Shown here piece after piece: positions 1 through 13,090 of a DNA stretch of 64,000 bases. Location: the NCBI GenBank assembly GCA_951406725.2, contig OX597837.1, positions 25,978,001 to 26,042,000 on the forward strand, in the 5' to 3' direction. Made by a program: the position numbers and the translations under genes. The DNA comes from Octopus vulgaris (taxonomy: Eukaryota). Positions within the stretch are counted from its first letter, which is position 1. The number at the start of each line of letters is the position of its first letter. The notes beneath the pieces were generated by a model, which was not told where the DNA came from, did not search any database, and worked only from the letters and a program-made list of their open reading frames with translations.

Positions 1-92
1 AATGGGATACATATGCACACATGAACACATATTAACACGAACACACACATATATATATACATGCACATGCACACAAATGTATAAGTACATGC

Positions 93-131
<39 letters not shown>

Positions 132-475
132 TATATATATATACATTTACATATATACACATATACATACGTATATACATATACATATATACACGCACAC
201 ACATATATATATACACACATGCACATGCACACAAATGTATAAGTACATGCATATATATATATATACACACATATATATATATATACATTTACATATATAC
301 ACATATACATACATATATACACACACACACATATATATATACACACGCACACACACACACATATATATATGCATACATATGCACAATATATATATATACA
401 TACATACACACAAATGCATAATTACATGTAAGTGCATACATGTACATATAAGCACACACACACACACAAACATGT
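1..475. repeat. Compound (TA)n/(CA)n microsatellite
   Basis: Alternating TA, CA and TACA tracts; explains the overlapping H/T/Y/I and C/V ORFs. Confidence 0.95.
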
Positions 476-983
476 AATAGGCAGTCTGACAGTGGCTTAA
501 CTGGCCAAAACTTCGAAGTCACTAACAACAACAGTCTTGTTTAAGAATTATAAATTTGTACTCTACAAAAGTACAAAGTAACCCATCAGATTAATGTGAA
601 ATTGTTTTTATCGTAACCGAACTTAAAAACAAAATTAATACATGCACACGCACATATACAAACACACATGCACATATACAAAACTTAAACGCCACACTCA
701 TATCTTCTTTTCACCCTCAGTAATAGGGGACCATTCTAAGCCCTTTGCATTGCTAGTCATGAGGTGATCATCATTCCTGCTGATGTGATGAAAACAGCCC
801 CCAGTCCCACCATAATGTGGTTGGCATAAGGAAGGACATCCAGTCATAGGGACTAAGCTAAAATAAAAATCTGTACAGGATGCAGTCCCACAACACATCA
901 GATCCAACCCATATCGCTATGGAATGCTTATGTTAAATGATGAATATGAAGGCACACACACACTGGTTTGTTATAGTTTCAGG

Positions 984-1370
984 AGAGGCGCAATGGCCCA
1001 GTGGTTAGGGCAGCGGACTCGCAGTCATAGGATCGCGGTTTCGATTCCCAGACCGGGCGTTGTGAGTGTTTATTGAGCGAAAACACCTAAAGTTCCACGA
1101 GGCTCCGGCAGGGGATGGTGGTGATCCCTGCTGTACTCTTTCACCACAACTTTCTCTCACTCTTACTTCCTGTTTCTGTTGTACCTGTATTTCAAAGGGC
1201 CGGCCTTGTCACTCTCTGTGTCACGCTGAATATCCCCGAGAACTACGTTAAGGGTACACGTGTCTGTGGAGTGCTCAGCCACTTACACGTTAATTTCACG
1301 AGCAGGCTGTTCCGTTGATTCAGATCAACCGGAACCCTCATCGTCGTAACCGACAGAGTGCTTCCGAAGA
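984..1370 (+). mobile_element. tRNA-derived SINE, family D, near full length
   Basis: Head GGCGCAATGGCCCAGTGGTTAGGGC (A box) and GGTTTCGATTCCC (B box); flanked by 11-bp TSD ATAGTTTCAGG (973-983 and 1371-1381); second copy at 54490-54808. Confidence 0.85.
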
Positions 1371-1555
1371 ATAGTTTCAGGGTTCCACATTTTACGGTTA
1401 GAGCTTTGGATCACCCAAAAGCCCTAGCTTGATGGTAGAAGTGAATGGAATTGAGGACAAACATCATCTAAACGCAAAGCAAACTTGTTGGCCACACAAC
1501 CATTCCTGCAATGCCTGCACCATGTGTAGCTTGCTCGCTGGACAGATAGACAGAC

Positions 1556-1941
1556 TTCTTTTTACTCTTTTACTCGTTTCAGTCATTTGACTGTGGCCAT
1601 GCTGGAGCACTGCCTTTAATCGAGCAAATCGACCCAGGAACTTATTCTTTGTAAGCCCAGTACTTATTCTATCGGTCTCTTTTTGCCGAACCGCTAAGTG
1701 ACGGGGACATAAACACACCAGCATCGATTGTCAAGCAATGCTAGGGGGACAAACACAGACACACATATATATATACATATATACGACAGGCTTCTTTCAG
1801 TTTCTGTTTACCAAATCCACTCACAAGGCTTTGGTCGGCCCGAGGCTATAGTAGAAGACACTTGCCCAAGGTGCCACACAGTGGGACTGAACCCGGAACC
1901 ATGTGATTGGTAAACAAGCTACTTACCACACAGCCACTCCT
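1556..1941 (-). mobile_element. tRNA/CORE-type SINE, family A, full length
   Basis: Minus strand reads AGGAGTGGCTGTGTGGTAAG (A box), GGTTCAGTCCC (B box), CCTTGGGCAAGT (CORE-like), central TA/TG tract, (GAGTAAAA)n tail; TSD GATAGACAGA (1545-1554 and 1942-1951). Confidence 0.9.
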
Positions 1942-2302
1942 GATAGACAGATAAATAAATAGATAGATAGACAGGCAGAGATTTCAGAATATTTTATAAT
2001 TTAGTAGTTCAGCAAAAGAAAAAAAAAGTACTCAGGTTGCTTTATTTGATTAAAATTATTCAAGGCAGTGCCCCAGCATGGACACAGTCTACTGACTGAA
2101 ACAAGTAAATGATAAATGATAAAACCTATCTATTAGACGTTAGAGGGTGGAAGTCTCTAAAACGTAACATCCAATATGTTCAGCATGAAGACCACTTAAT
2201 CACACTGATGTTATTGACAGAGAAGCACAGTATTAAATTGAAGATGGAGTAAAATTAACGACAGAGAGAGATACCTGTCAAGGCACAATGAAGCACATCT
2301 AC

Positions 2303-2790
2303 GTTATGACCAATGATGTGACTTAGTTGTGAGCAATTAAGACATGTCTTAGTTATGACTAATAATGTGCCTTAGTTGTGACCAATTAAGAGATGTCTTA
2401 GTTATGACTAATGATGTGCCTTAGTTGTGACCAATTAAGACATGTCTTAGTTATGACTAGTGACGTGCCTTACTTGTGACCAATTAAGAGATGTCATAGT
2501 TATGACTAATGATGTGCCTTAGTTGTGACCAATTAAGACATGTCTTAGTTATGATTAATGATGTACCTTAGTCGTGACCATTTAAGACATGTCTTAGTTA
2601 TGACTAGTGACATGCCTTAGTTGTGACCAATTAAGACATGTCTTAGTTATGACTAGTGACGTGCCTTAGTTGTGACTGATTAACACATGTCTTAGTTATG
2701 ACTAGTGACGTGCCTTAGTTGTGACTGATTAACACATGTCTTAGTTATGACTAATGATGTACCTTAGCTGTGTCCAATTAAGACATGTTT
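2303..2790. repeat. 49-bp minisatellite, about 10 copies
   Basis: Unit GTTATGACTAATGATGTGCCTTAGTTGTGACCAATTAAGACATGTCTTA starts at 2303, 2352, 2401 and onward. Confidence 0.93.
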
Positions 2791-3811
2791 TATAAACCTA
2801 AGACAGCACATGGTTTAGAATACAATCTGACCCTTGGAATGCTTAGAACTCACTTAAGCTTAAAACAGATTTTATATTTCAAAGATTAAATTCTATTTTA
2901 ATCAGTTGAAGTATGACCCTTAGAGATTATTTAACATCCTCTAGAGATGACCTTGGAAATTCAGTACAACATATCTATAATGGAGGAGGGCTTTGAAACA
3001 ATTTACACACAGCAGGTAGGAATTATGGCGCTCCTTTTTTCCCTCTTTCCTTCTCCAGGTAAATTACATTTTGGTTTTAGAAGTATTAAATCCAAAAAGG
3101 TCATAGATATTATCTTGATTCATGCAAAAACCAGATGAACAGGAGTAGCCAATTTACTTGAAATAGAATCGGTAAGTTGTTTTAACAGTTACCGTTTATG
3201 TTGAGGAAGATATTTAGGTGCAAAGCCTACATCCGGAACCATATCTCTGCTAAGATATTAAATATCTCTCAGCTAATCGGTCCTAAAAGGTTAAAGCAGA
3301 GAGGAAGATGAGAAATTAAGACCTTCATTATTAGCCAAGCACTCCTAAGCCTTTTGAACAGATAGATGGCTAGACAGAGAGAGAGAGAGGGAGGGGGGGA
3401 AGAGAGAGAGAGAGAGAGTGCTGATGGTAATTATTAATAATTAAGAATAATCAATGATATCAGATATTCAGTTAAGTCAGTGAGGCTTTTATTAACATCG
3501 AGTTTTCCTTACCTCTAATAATGCAGAAAACAGGCCAACACTGAAAATAACTCTTAAAAATTAGCCTGGGTAGTCAGCTGTAGGTAATCTCACTTCCATA
3601 ACCCCTCCTACAGACTGTCAACCATTGGTCTCTGACAACATGGATAGAAGAACTGAGTTTCCAACCTTATGCTTGGTGGACTAATTTTTGTTTCTGACAA
3701 GAAGCCAATGACAGCAGAGTTCTTCCAAGTCATTACGCAAGTCCTGCACTTTTCTTGAAGCTAGTTGTGGCAAAATAAGGGTCCTGCCAAAATCATAATT
3801 AGCCCTTTACA

Positions 3812-4144
3812 GAACACCAGCATAATTCTCTAGGTTGGAAAGGGGAGGTAACCTCAATATGGTCACTCGGACAGATCTGCCTCAAATCATACCCTATCAC
3901 CTAAGAATACAAAAGGCCACCTTGTCCTCTTATTCCTCACCATCATCCTCATCCTTTGCACATCTGCTTCCCCTGCTGAACACCAGCATAATTCTCTAGG
4001 TTGGAAAGGGGAGATAACCTCAATATGGTCACTCGGACAGATCTGCCTCAAATCATACCCTATCACCTAAGAATACAAAAGGTCACCTTGTCCTCTTATT
4101 CCTCACCATCATCCTCATCCTTTGCACATCTGCTTCCCCTGCTG
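3812..4144. repeat. Near-identical tandem duplication, 2 x 166 bp
   Basis: GAACACCAGCATAATTCTCTAGG...CCCCTGCTG begins at 3812 and 3978. Confidence 0.93.
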
Positions 4145-5708
4145 GTATTGGTTAGACATGCAGCCATGGTCTAAGTTTCTTTATATTTGGAATTACTGCC
4201 CCTCCAAGTTAGATGGGAGAACCATGTCTTGCTTGCAGATTCCATTTTTGGAAAGGTTTCTATGGCTGGCTGCCCTTCCTAACACCATCCACATTACAGA
4301 GAGTACTGGGTATATTTTTATACCCAGTGACAATAATGTCACTTTCTCTTACCACTCGTCTCTACAACAATCCATCTCTTTCTCTTTCACCAATGAAAAC
4401 GAAGCTGCCATCAATGTCTCTCTCCCACTACTCTCTGCTATAACTGTCTCTCCCTCTCTTCTATTACTCCTTCCTTCTCTTTCAACTTCATTCATCTTCT
4501 GACACCACCCTGTTTCCTTTTCACCCACTCAGTCTCATTGCTGTGAATGAACAAAGATAATGTTTAGTAGTGAAGACACTTTAGTCTTCTTGCGGACAGG
4601 ACAAACTCACTAGAGCTAGTGCCATACTAAAAATATACCCAGTACCCTCTGCAAAGTGGTTGGTGTTAGGAAGGACAGCCAGCCATAGAAACCTTTCCAA
4701 AAATGGAATCTACAAGCAAGACAGGATTCTCCCATCTAACTTGGAGGGGCAGTAATTCCAAATATAAAGAAACTTAGACCATGGCAGCATATCATAACCA
4801 GGGGTGCCACAATAATCCCTATAAGTCCTAGGACTTGAGACAGCAATACCCTCTGGCTGATGATGATGATGATGATGATGATGAAAATATGCAAAGCAAG
4901 GAGATTTGAACTGAACCTAAAAAGAGCTGAGGCATATACCACAAAATATTGTACAGAGCCTGGAAAATTTCCTGCAAAAACAAACCCTTAGTTTTGTCCC
5001 CAAATGTTAACTGCCCTCACTGAGGCCCTCAAAAACCGATTCTGGCTGCCCCGCCCCCTCACCACTCTCCGCTGCCACTGCGCAACACAAACCTATCTCA
5101 TCCAATGTTAGAGTTAGTCGTTAACCTTTCGTAAATTAGTGAACACTAATTATTTATCTGCTGGCACCATCAATCATTAATCAACACTTGCGGGGGGGGG
5201 GGGGGTTCAATCTTCACAATTAATCCACCAAAATTCACCGATGGAAACTGAAATGCATTTTGCACTCACTCAACACTCACACCCTACACACACATACACA
5301 CACATGCACACACACACACACACAACTACATTCTTCTCTTCCTTCTTTTTCCTCCTCACCCTCTTTTTCTATCCTTCTCATGTACACCTCCTCCGTCCCT
5401 TTCCTCCAACTGTCAACCCATCCCTTCCTCCCCACCACCACAAGCACTTAATATACACAAACTGCAACACATAAACACACACACACACACAGACATGCAT
5501 AGATACACAAACACACACACACACAATCCTGCTTTTTTAACCCCCTTCCCTCTCTCTGTCGACCAAACTTATTTATTGCTGTTACCAAGGTGGCAGAATG
5601 GTTAGCACTGAGGACAAATTGCTTAGCAGCATTTCATCTGCCTCAACATTCTGAGTTCTGAGTTCAAATTCCACTGAGGTTGACTTTGCCTTTCATCTTT
5701 TCAGTGTC

Positions 5709-5885
5709 TGAGGTGGTGGTGATGTTGGAGGTGGTGATAGTGGTGTCGGAGGTGGTGTTGGTGTTGGAGGTGGTGGTGGTGTCAGAGGTGGTGGTGGTGT
5801 CGGAGGTGGTAGTGGTGTCGGAAGTGGTGGTGGTGTCGGAGGTGGTGGTGGTGGTGTTGGAGGTAGTTGTTGGTAGTGGTGGTAG
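5709..5885. repeat. (GGT)n-derived minisatellite, ~18-bp unit
   Basis: GAGGTGGTGGTGGTGTCG-like units follow a truncated family B head (5588-5705). Confidence 0.85.
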
Positions 5886-6342
5886 CTTTGGCCATAGCAG
5901 TAGTGGTGACAGAGATGCCAGTGTTCATGTTGTTGGTGACACTGTCCAGTCTTAGTGACAGCTGTTAAGGTACATGTGCTAGTATATGAGGTGTGTAGTA
6001 GTAGTAGTAGTAGTAGTAGTATCATATGTGATGTTAGGTGACAGTGTATGTAATGTTAACAGAAACAAAGCCGCTCCCCACCATCACCACATCAACAACA
6101 ACAACAACAACAACGGTATTTATGATTGTAGTATTTGGTGCCAGAAGTCTGGAAGGAATTTAGAAAGTCAGTAATCTTCCCATCCCCACCCAATAATTAT
6201 TGGGTTTTGTCGCATCTTCAAAAATATTATTCCACTTAAAAAGCGATTTCTTTGAAGACAGTAGTGTGTGTGTGTGTGTGTCCATATGTATTAGTATGTT
6301 TAGAAATGCTTGTGTGTATGTGTTTATGTGAGTTTGTAAATG

Positions 6343-6755
6343 CTCTCTTTACTCTCTTTTACTTGTTTCAGTCATTTGACTGCGGCCATGCTGGAGCACC
6401 GCCTTAAATTGAGCAAATCGACCCCGGGACTTATTCTTTTGTAAGCCCAGTACTTATTCTATCGGTCTCTTTTGCCGAACCGCTAAGTAACGGGGATATA
6501 AACACACCAGCATCGGTTGTCAAGCAATGCTAAGGAGGACAAACACAGACACAAACACACGCATATATATATATATATATATACATATATACGACGGACT
6601 TCTTTCAGTTTCCATCTACCAAATCCACTCACAAGGCTTTGGTCGGCCCGAGGCTATAGTAGAAAACACTTACTCAAGGTGCCACGCAGTGGGACTGAAC
6701 CCAGAACCATGTGGTTGGTAAACAAGCTACTTACCACACAGCCACTGCTGTGCCT
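6343..6755 (-). mobile_element. SINE family A, full length
   Basis: Same head, body and tail as 1556-1941. Confidence 0.9.
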
Positions 6756-7222
6756 ATGTTTCTTTATGAGCATTTCCATGCGTGTAAGTGTGAGATCTAA
6801 TATGTGAGTGAAAGATAAATTCATGTGTGTTTTTATATGTATGCATGTATATGTATATATATATATATGTGTGTGATAATAGCATGTGGTGTGTTTATAT
6901 ATGTGTGCTTATACATGTGCGTTTATATGTCTATATGTGTTTTGTGTAGTTAATCTCAGTCAATAAACTTGCCCAAGGCCTAAAGAATGCAACTCCCCAT
7001 GACACCCCCTGAGTAATGACGGTCCGAGTCAGTCGAGTCGTTTGTAAAAAAATATTGTCCTATTAATTATAATAATTAAAGTAGTATCTTCATTTTATTT
7101 AAACTGACTATGTCTCACACACACACACACACACACACATGCACACTCACACATGCACACACACACATGCACACTCACACATGCACACACACACATGCAC
7201 ACACACATGCACACACACACAT

Positions 7223-7262
<40 letters not shown>

Positions 7263-7467
7263 TTCAAGGGTTAGTAGGATATCCTAATTACATAATTTTC
7301 ATCCATCTACAGTCACATATTCTCATTTTTACTTAACTTACATCAGATATTTAGGTTTTTTTTCACCAACTCTTTCAGAGATAAACACAAAATCCGTTAT
7401 AGTAAATAGACCAGATAATTTTTTGAAATTCAGGATGGTAATTATGTAAAACGTAAATAATTTTGAT

Positions 7468-7872
7468 AGGTGCAGGAGTGGCTGTGTGGTAAGTAGCTTG
7501 TTTACCAACCACATGGTTCCGGGTTCAGTCCCACTGCATGGCACCTTGGGCAAGTGTCTTCTACTATAGCCTTGAGCTGACCAAAGCCTTGTGAGTGGAT
7601 TTCGTAGACGGAAACTGAAAGAAGCCCGTCGTATATATGTATATATATATATGTCTGTGTGTGTGTTCGTGTGTCTGTGTTTGTCCCCCTAGCATTGCTT
7701 GACAACCGATGCTGGTGTGTTTATGTCCCCGTTACTTAGCGGTTCGGCAAAAGAGACCGATAGAATAAGTACTGAGCTTACAAAAGAATAAGTCCTGGGG
7801 TCGATTTGCTCGACTAAAGGCGGTGCTCCAGCATAGCCGCCGTCAAATGACTGAAACGAGTAAAAGAGAGTA
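7468..7872 (+). mobile_element. SINE family A, full length
   Basis: AGGTGCAGGAGTGGCTGTGTGG through TGACTGAAACGAGTAAAAGAG. Confidence 0.9.
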
Positions 7873-7907
7873 TTACAATTACTATTATTATTATTATTAT
7901 CATTATT

Positions 7908-8745
7908 AGGGCAGCAAGCTTACAGAATCGTTAGTACGCCAGGCCAAATGCTTAACGACATTTCAACCATTTTAACATTCTGAGTTCAAATTCTGCTGAT
8001 GTTGATTTTGCTTTTCATCCTTTTGGGGCTGATAAAATAAGTATCAGTTGATCACTAGGGTTGATGTAATCAACTTAGCCCCTTCCTAAAATTACTGGCC
8101 TTGTGCTAAAATATGAAATTATTATTATTATTATTAAGGTAGTGAACTGGCAGAATCGTTAGCATGCTGGGCAAAATGCTTAGTGATATTTTGTCTGTCT
8201 TTACATCCTAAGTTTAGATTCTGCCGAGGTCAGCTTTGCCTTTCCTCCTTTTGGGATCGATAAATTAAGTACCAGTGAAACACTGGGGGTTCAATGAAAT
8301 TGACTATCGCCCTCCCCCAAGATTTCAGGTCTTGTGTCTATAGTAGAAAGGATTATTATTATTATTATTATTAAGGTGGCAAGATGGCAGAATCATTAGC
8401 ACACCGGGCAAAATGCTTAAGGGTATTTCGTCTGCCGCTACGTTCTGAGTTCAAATTTCGCTGAGGTCAACTTTGCCTTTCATCCTTTCGGGGTCGATTA
8501 AATAAGTACCAGTTACGTACTGCGGTCGATATGTAATCGACTTAATCCATTTGTCTGTCCTTGTTTGTCCTCTCTGTGTTTAGCCCCTTGTGGGTGGTAA
8601 AGAAATAGGTATTTCACATGTTGCTACGTTCTGAGTTCAAATTCTGCTGAGGTCAACTTTACCTTTCATCCTTTCGTGGTCGATAAACTAAGTACCAGTT
8701 GAGTACTGGGGGGGGGGGTCAATGTAATCAACTTATTCCTCCCCG
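7908..8745 (+). mobile_element. Cluster of four family B SINE units, head to tail; the first three are separated by (ATT)n
   Basis: Each has GAGTTCAAATTC-like B box and GCCTTTCATCCTTTCGGGGTCGAT body; three different 3' tails; junction AAAGAAATA|GGTAT at 8608. Confidence 0.85.
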
Positions 8746-10224
8746 CAAATAAAATATTGTTTTCCACTGAGCCACTTTCCCCTCTCCATATTCTCAGCAA
8801 CAATGACTGCCAACCTCCCTCACCACTGGGCCTTCTTTATAAATGAGTCTACAGGGGGAAGTGATGAAGAAAACAGTTTTTTTAAGCTGGAGACACCAAC
8901 TAAAACATAGCGAAATAGACAAGAAAAATTGTTACAATTTACTAAAAGCAGATTTCATGTTTTAATTCCCCAGGAAAACCTAAAACTGAATTTTGAGAAA
9001 AAAAAAAAAAAAATAGGGGGGAAGAGAAGAAAGAATATAAATAAACCCAAGGAAAAATAAATGAGAAAAAATAAACATTTTTAATTTATTTCCTGTGGAA
9101 TCATGGGAGAAAGAGAAGATGAGGAGGAGAGAAAAATATTAAAGATAAAAAAAAAAACCCTTGTGTTTTAGTACTAAAATGAAGAAATGTAATGTTAAAC
9201 ATATGTTAAATTATTTTATCCCCTTCATCAAAGCACAATGACACCCTCTGGGAAGTTAGGAAAGACAGGCGAAATTAAGGGCAAGAGCGCCACCAATATG
9301 AGTTAATATAGTTTGATGTTACCTAACAAGCTACAGTCAGTAGATACTCAATGATGACTAAATTACAAACTTTTACTCCTTGTCAATGGTTGGCCTTTGT
9401 CAGTGAAGGAGGGGGGAAGAAGAGAGCCACTAAAAGCAGACCTTGTGTTGAATTAGGGGTAGATGGAAGATGGGTAGTAGTGGTCGTGGTCGAGCAGCTG
9501 TCAGTGAGAAGATAAACAGGGGGGTAGCAGTTTTGGGGGTGGGGCTGGGGGTGTAAGTGGGGGGGGTTTACAGCTAGCTCTTGTGGTGGTGGTGGTGGTG
9601 GTGATGGCTCAGGGGGTGCTGTTAGTACATTCATAACAACCGAGCTCTCACACCTAATCACACGGAATACTTTACAACCCCCCCCCCCCCGACCCAGTTT
9701 GGACGGGGTGGGGAGGCACTGACGTGTGGAGGTCAGTGGGTGGTTGGGGTGGGCAACAAGTAGAAGTGGGTGGTGATGATGATGACGGTGGCGATTGGAG
9801 GTGGGTGGTACTGTCACCGTACATCACAGTGGAATTCCAATGGCGTTGGGCTATGAAATTTCCTGAAGAGATTGAATGGCATCAGATTATCAGGCAGAGA
9901 AGAAAGTCACAAGGACCAGAATCACAAAGTTGAGAGGGGAAAGTCATTATTAAGAGTTACTGTTATTATGGAAGATATATGATAGTTTAAGTGAGCGAAT
10001 TTGAAGTTTTTTTTTTTTTTTTTTCATCACAGACAACAGACAACTTCGGTACTATGTGTGTATATGTGTGTGTATATAATACACGCGGAATAAAATTATT
10101 TAACAAAATAATTGTGACATTCACTGAATACATACCAACACTTCTGAAAGATTACAGGAGACTTTGGAATTGTTTTTGCAAATCCATGCAAGAGAAAGAA
10201 AAAAAAGATGAACAAAATATAGAC

Positions 10225-10730
10225 ACAGGTGTGGCTGTCTGGTAAGAATCTTGCTTCCCAACCACATGGTCCTGGGTTCAGTCTCATAGCGTGACACCTT
10301 GGACAAGTGTCTTCTACTATAGCCTCGGGCCAACCAAAGCCTTGTGAATGAAGTAGACGGAAACTGAAAGAAGCTCATCATGTATATATTTGAGACCCTC
10401 TTCGGTTATGACTGACTGTGGGATTGCACCTAGAAAGTTACCCTCCCAGGTACAAGTCCGAGCAAGTTTGTTTATGGAAGACCAGCAGTCGCCCGTGCAT
10501 ACCTATTTCTTTACTACCCACAAGGGGCTAAACACAGAGGGGACAAACCAGGACAAAGGGATTAAGTTGATTACATCGACCCCAGTGCGTAACTGGTACT
10601 TTATTCGTCGACCCTGAAAGGATGAAAGGCAAAGTTGACCTCAGCAGAATTTGAACTCAGAACGTAACGGCAGACGAAATACTGCTTAGCATTTCGCCCA
10701 GCGTGCTAACGTTTCTGCCAGCTCGCCGCT
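10225..10730. mobile_element. Nested fragments: family A 5' half (+, 10225-10385), family E 3' fragment (-, 10392-10503), family B (-, 10504-10730)
   Basis: Matches to full-length copies elsewhere in the window; the B tail abuts ATACC (GGTAT on minus) inside family E. Confidence 0.8.
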
Positions 10731-11066
10731 TTTAAATATATATATGTATATATATATATAGTTATGGTATATTCTGTTAAGAATATACCATAACTATATA
10801 ACTCATTCCCCTTCAGATTTCACCCTGTGTTATCCAGTAGTAGTATTATAAGTACTTCCAGGTTTGCATTTGGGCTTCTGTTGTGTGTGAATAAATAATG
10901 AGATGGGCTACTGCAAATATTCTGCTCAATATTACAGATTTGCTTGTCAATTGCTTGACCTTGACCAGCCAAGCACGTCTCTTAGAGGCTGACAATATTT
11001 AGATGGAATTATGTAAAATGTTAGAGAAAGAAACCTAGATGTTTCTTGCAATACATACATCTAAAG

Positions 11067-12009
11067 CAGGGGTTCTCAACCATTTTTTTCCTATGGACCC
11101 CTTTAATTATTATTTTATTCTCGTGGACCCTCGATGTCTAGCCATTCGATGTCTAAAATCTAGTTTTATAGAAACTTCTTTCAAAATTCCTATTTAGTTT
11201 TTTTACACATTAACTTGTATAGGTTGAATTATGTAAAATGTTAGGGAAAGAAACCTAGCTGTTTCTTGCAATACATACATCTAAAGAAGGGGGTTACTCT
11301 TACTCTTTACTCTTTTACTTGTTTCAGTCATTTGACTGCGGCCATGCTGGAGCAAGAAACAGCTTTCTTGGAGCACCGCCTTTAGTCGAGCAAATCGACC
11401 CCGCGACTTATTCTTTGTAAGCCCAGTACTTATTCTGTTGGTCTCTTTTGCCGAACCGCTAAGTGACGGGGACGTAAACACACCAGCATCGGTTGTCAAG
11501 CAATGCTAGGGGGACAAACACATACACACAAACACACATACATACACATATATATATACATATATACGACAGGCTTCTTTCAGTTTCCGTCTACCAAATC
11601 CACTAACAAGGCTTTGGTCGGCCCGAGGCTATAGCCGAAGACACCTGCCTAAGATGCCACGCAGTGGGATTGAACCCAGAACCATGTGGTTGGTTAGCAA
11701 GCTACTTACCACACAGCCACTCCTGCGCCTACTCAACCATTTTTTAAACTTTGGACCCCTTTGATTACTATTTTATTCTGGTGGACCCCCATAGCCATTC
11801 CATGTCTAAACACTAGTTTTACAGAAATTTCTTTCAAAGTTCCTATTTTATTTTTCACATATCAACTTGTGTAGGTTAAACTGCTAAAATCGGCAGTAAT
11901 TTTTAATTCTCCTGTGCAGATATGTGTGCATAAGACTATTAAATTATTCCTCGAGCCAGTGGAATGTTTCCTTGGGGTTCCGCTCCTGCAAAAAGGTTGA
12001 AAAGCACTG
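11067..12009. mobile_element. hAT (Charlie-like) non-autonomous DNA transposon with a ~220-bp tandem duplication, interrupted by a SINE
   Basis: Termini CAGGGGTTCTCAACC and GGTTGAAAAGCACTG; flanks ATCTAAAG and GTCTGATG resemble the NTCTAGAN target consensus but are not identical; 11005-11225 is repeated at 11226-11295 plus 11731-11880. Confidence 0.6.
11296..11730 (-). mobile_element. SINE family A, full length, inserted in the duplicated hAT terminus
   Basis: Family A sequence splits GGGGTT|CTCAACC with a TACTC duplication. Confidence 0.9.
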
Positions 12010-12306
12010 GTCTGATGTGTTACCAATTCTGCCCTATGGTGATGGCAGTGGTGAAGATGTTAAGGTTTATAATACTGTTTAAAAAACAAAATTTTTTTAG
12101 TTTGAAGTTCCAATGTATTTGTGATGATTTCGAAATAACTGGAAATTGGAAAATGATTGGTGTTAACAAATATGAAAATGTATGCGAAACAGTATGGTTT
12201 CTCTTTATTTTTTTTTCAACCTAAATCGAAGAATGCTTCTCTATTCAAAAAGATGTCTGTCCTTTTGTTCGATTGTAAGACACAGAAATATAAGAAAATC
12301 CTTTAA

Positions 12307-12527
12307 CCCTTTAGTGTTCGCATTATTCTGCCAAAATCAATGCTTTTTAATCCACATTGTTTTGAACTAATCATGCATTATCTTGTAACTATGAGAATTT
12401 GATGAGGCAGATGTTAATTTTTAAAATGATATTGTAGGGTTGGTGTGAAAGACCAGATCTGGCTAGTTTGAACATAAAACAGGCAGAATACTTTTGGCCG
12501 GATATGGCCGGTTTAAATGCTAAAGGG
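12307..12527. mobile_element. piggyBac-like MITE
   Basis: TTAA|CCCTTTAG...CTAAAGGG|TTAA termini with TTAA TSD; related copy at 37373-38147. Confidence 0.8.
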
Positions 12528-13090
12528 TTAAAGTTGGTAATATTTCTGTCGGTTAAAGATCTCAAAAATGTTTCGGTAGAAAACTTGTTTTTTTTATGTC
12601 AGTTTATTGCGGACAACTGAGATGGAATTACAATGCTAGAAAATAATGGTAGAGCGGGAAAACTGGAAGAAATGACAGCAACAAATGGATGAGTTCATTA
12701 AAAGACAAACATCGCAGTGAATCCAGAGCAGTTAAGGAGAAAATGATTAGGAGTGGAATGATTCATTTAATGAAAACAACAGTAATGATATAATAATGAA
12801 GGATAATTAAGTAAAATTAATGAGAACAATTAACATTGTGTAACTGCTGTTATTGTGGCTATATTTGAAATAGTTTATCGTTATCTCTGGGAAAGAATGC
12901 TCGTTATACAGAAAAGTAAATGGGGATGATAACTGGTGGTTGTTTAGGTATGTATAAACAGTAATACAATCACACACATACATGTCTTTTGTGTGTGTAT
13001 GCGTGTGTGTGTATGCATGTGTGTGTACACACACACATTTATATACACATACAAACACATGTATGGATGTGTATGTGTGTGCATATATAT

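Noticed and set aside
2-531. Overlapping 80-139 aa ORFs rich in H/T/Y/I or C/V
   Set aside because: Translations of TA/CA microsatellite. The same applies to ORFs at 21309-21890, 25616-26841, 31891-32271 and 62349-63006.
984-1060. tRNA gene
   Set aside because: A and B boxes are present, but the acceptor and anticodon stems do not close. It continues into a dispersed body with a TSD, so it is a SINE head. The same applies to 49540-49612.
1728-1913. Recurrent small ORFs such as LLSVSVYQIHSQGFGRPEAIVEDTCPRCHAVGLNPEPCGW suggesting a peptide gene family
   Set aside because: They are the antisense reading of the family A SINE head and occur wherever the SINE does.
9535-9570. G-quadruplex-forming G-runs
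   Set aside because: Such G-tracts are common in this low-complexity sequence and nothing links them to a regulatory role.
12610-12765. Very degenerate RTE C-terminal fragment
   Set aside because: Only vague motif spacing; too decayed to call by eye.
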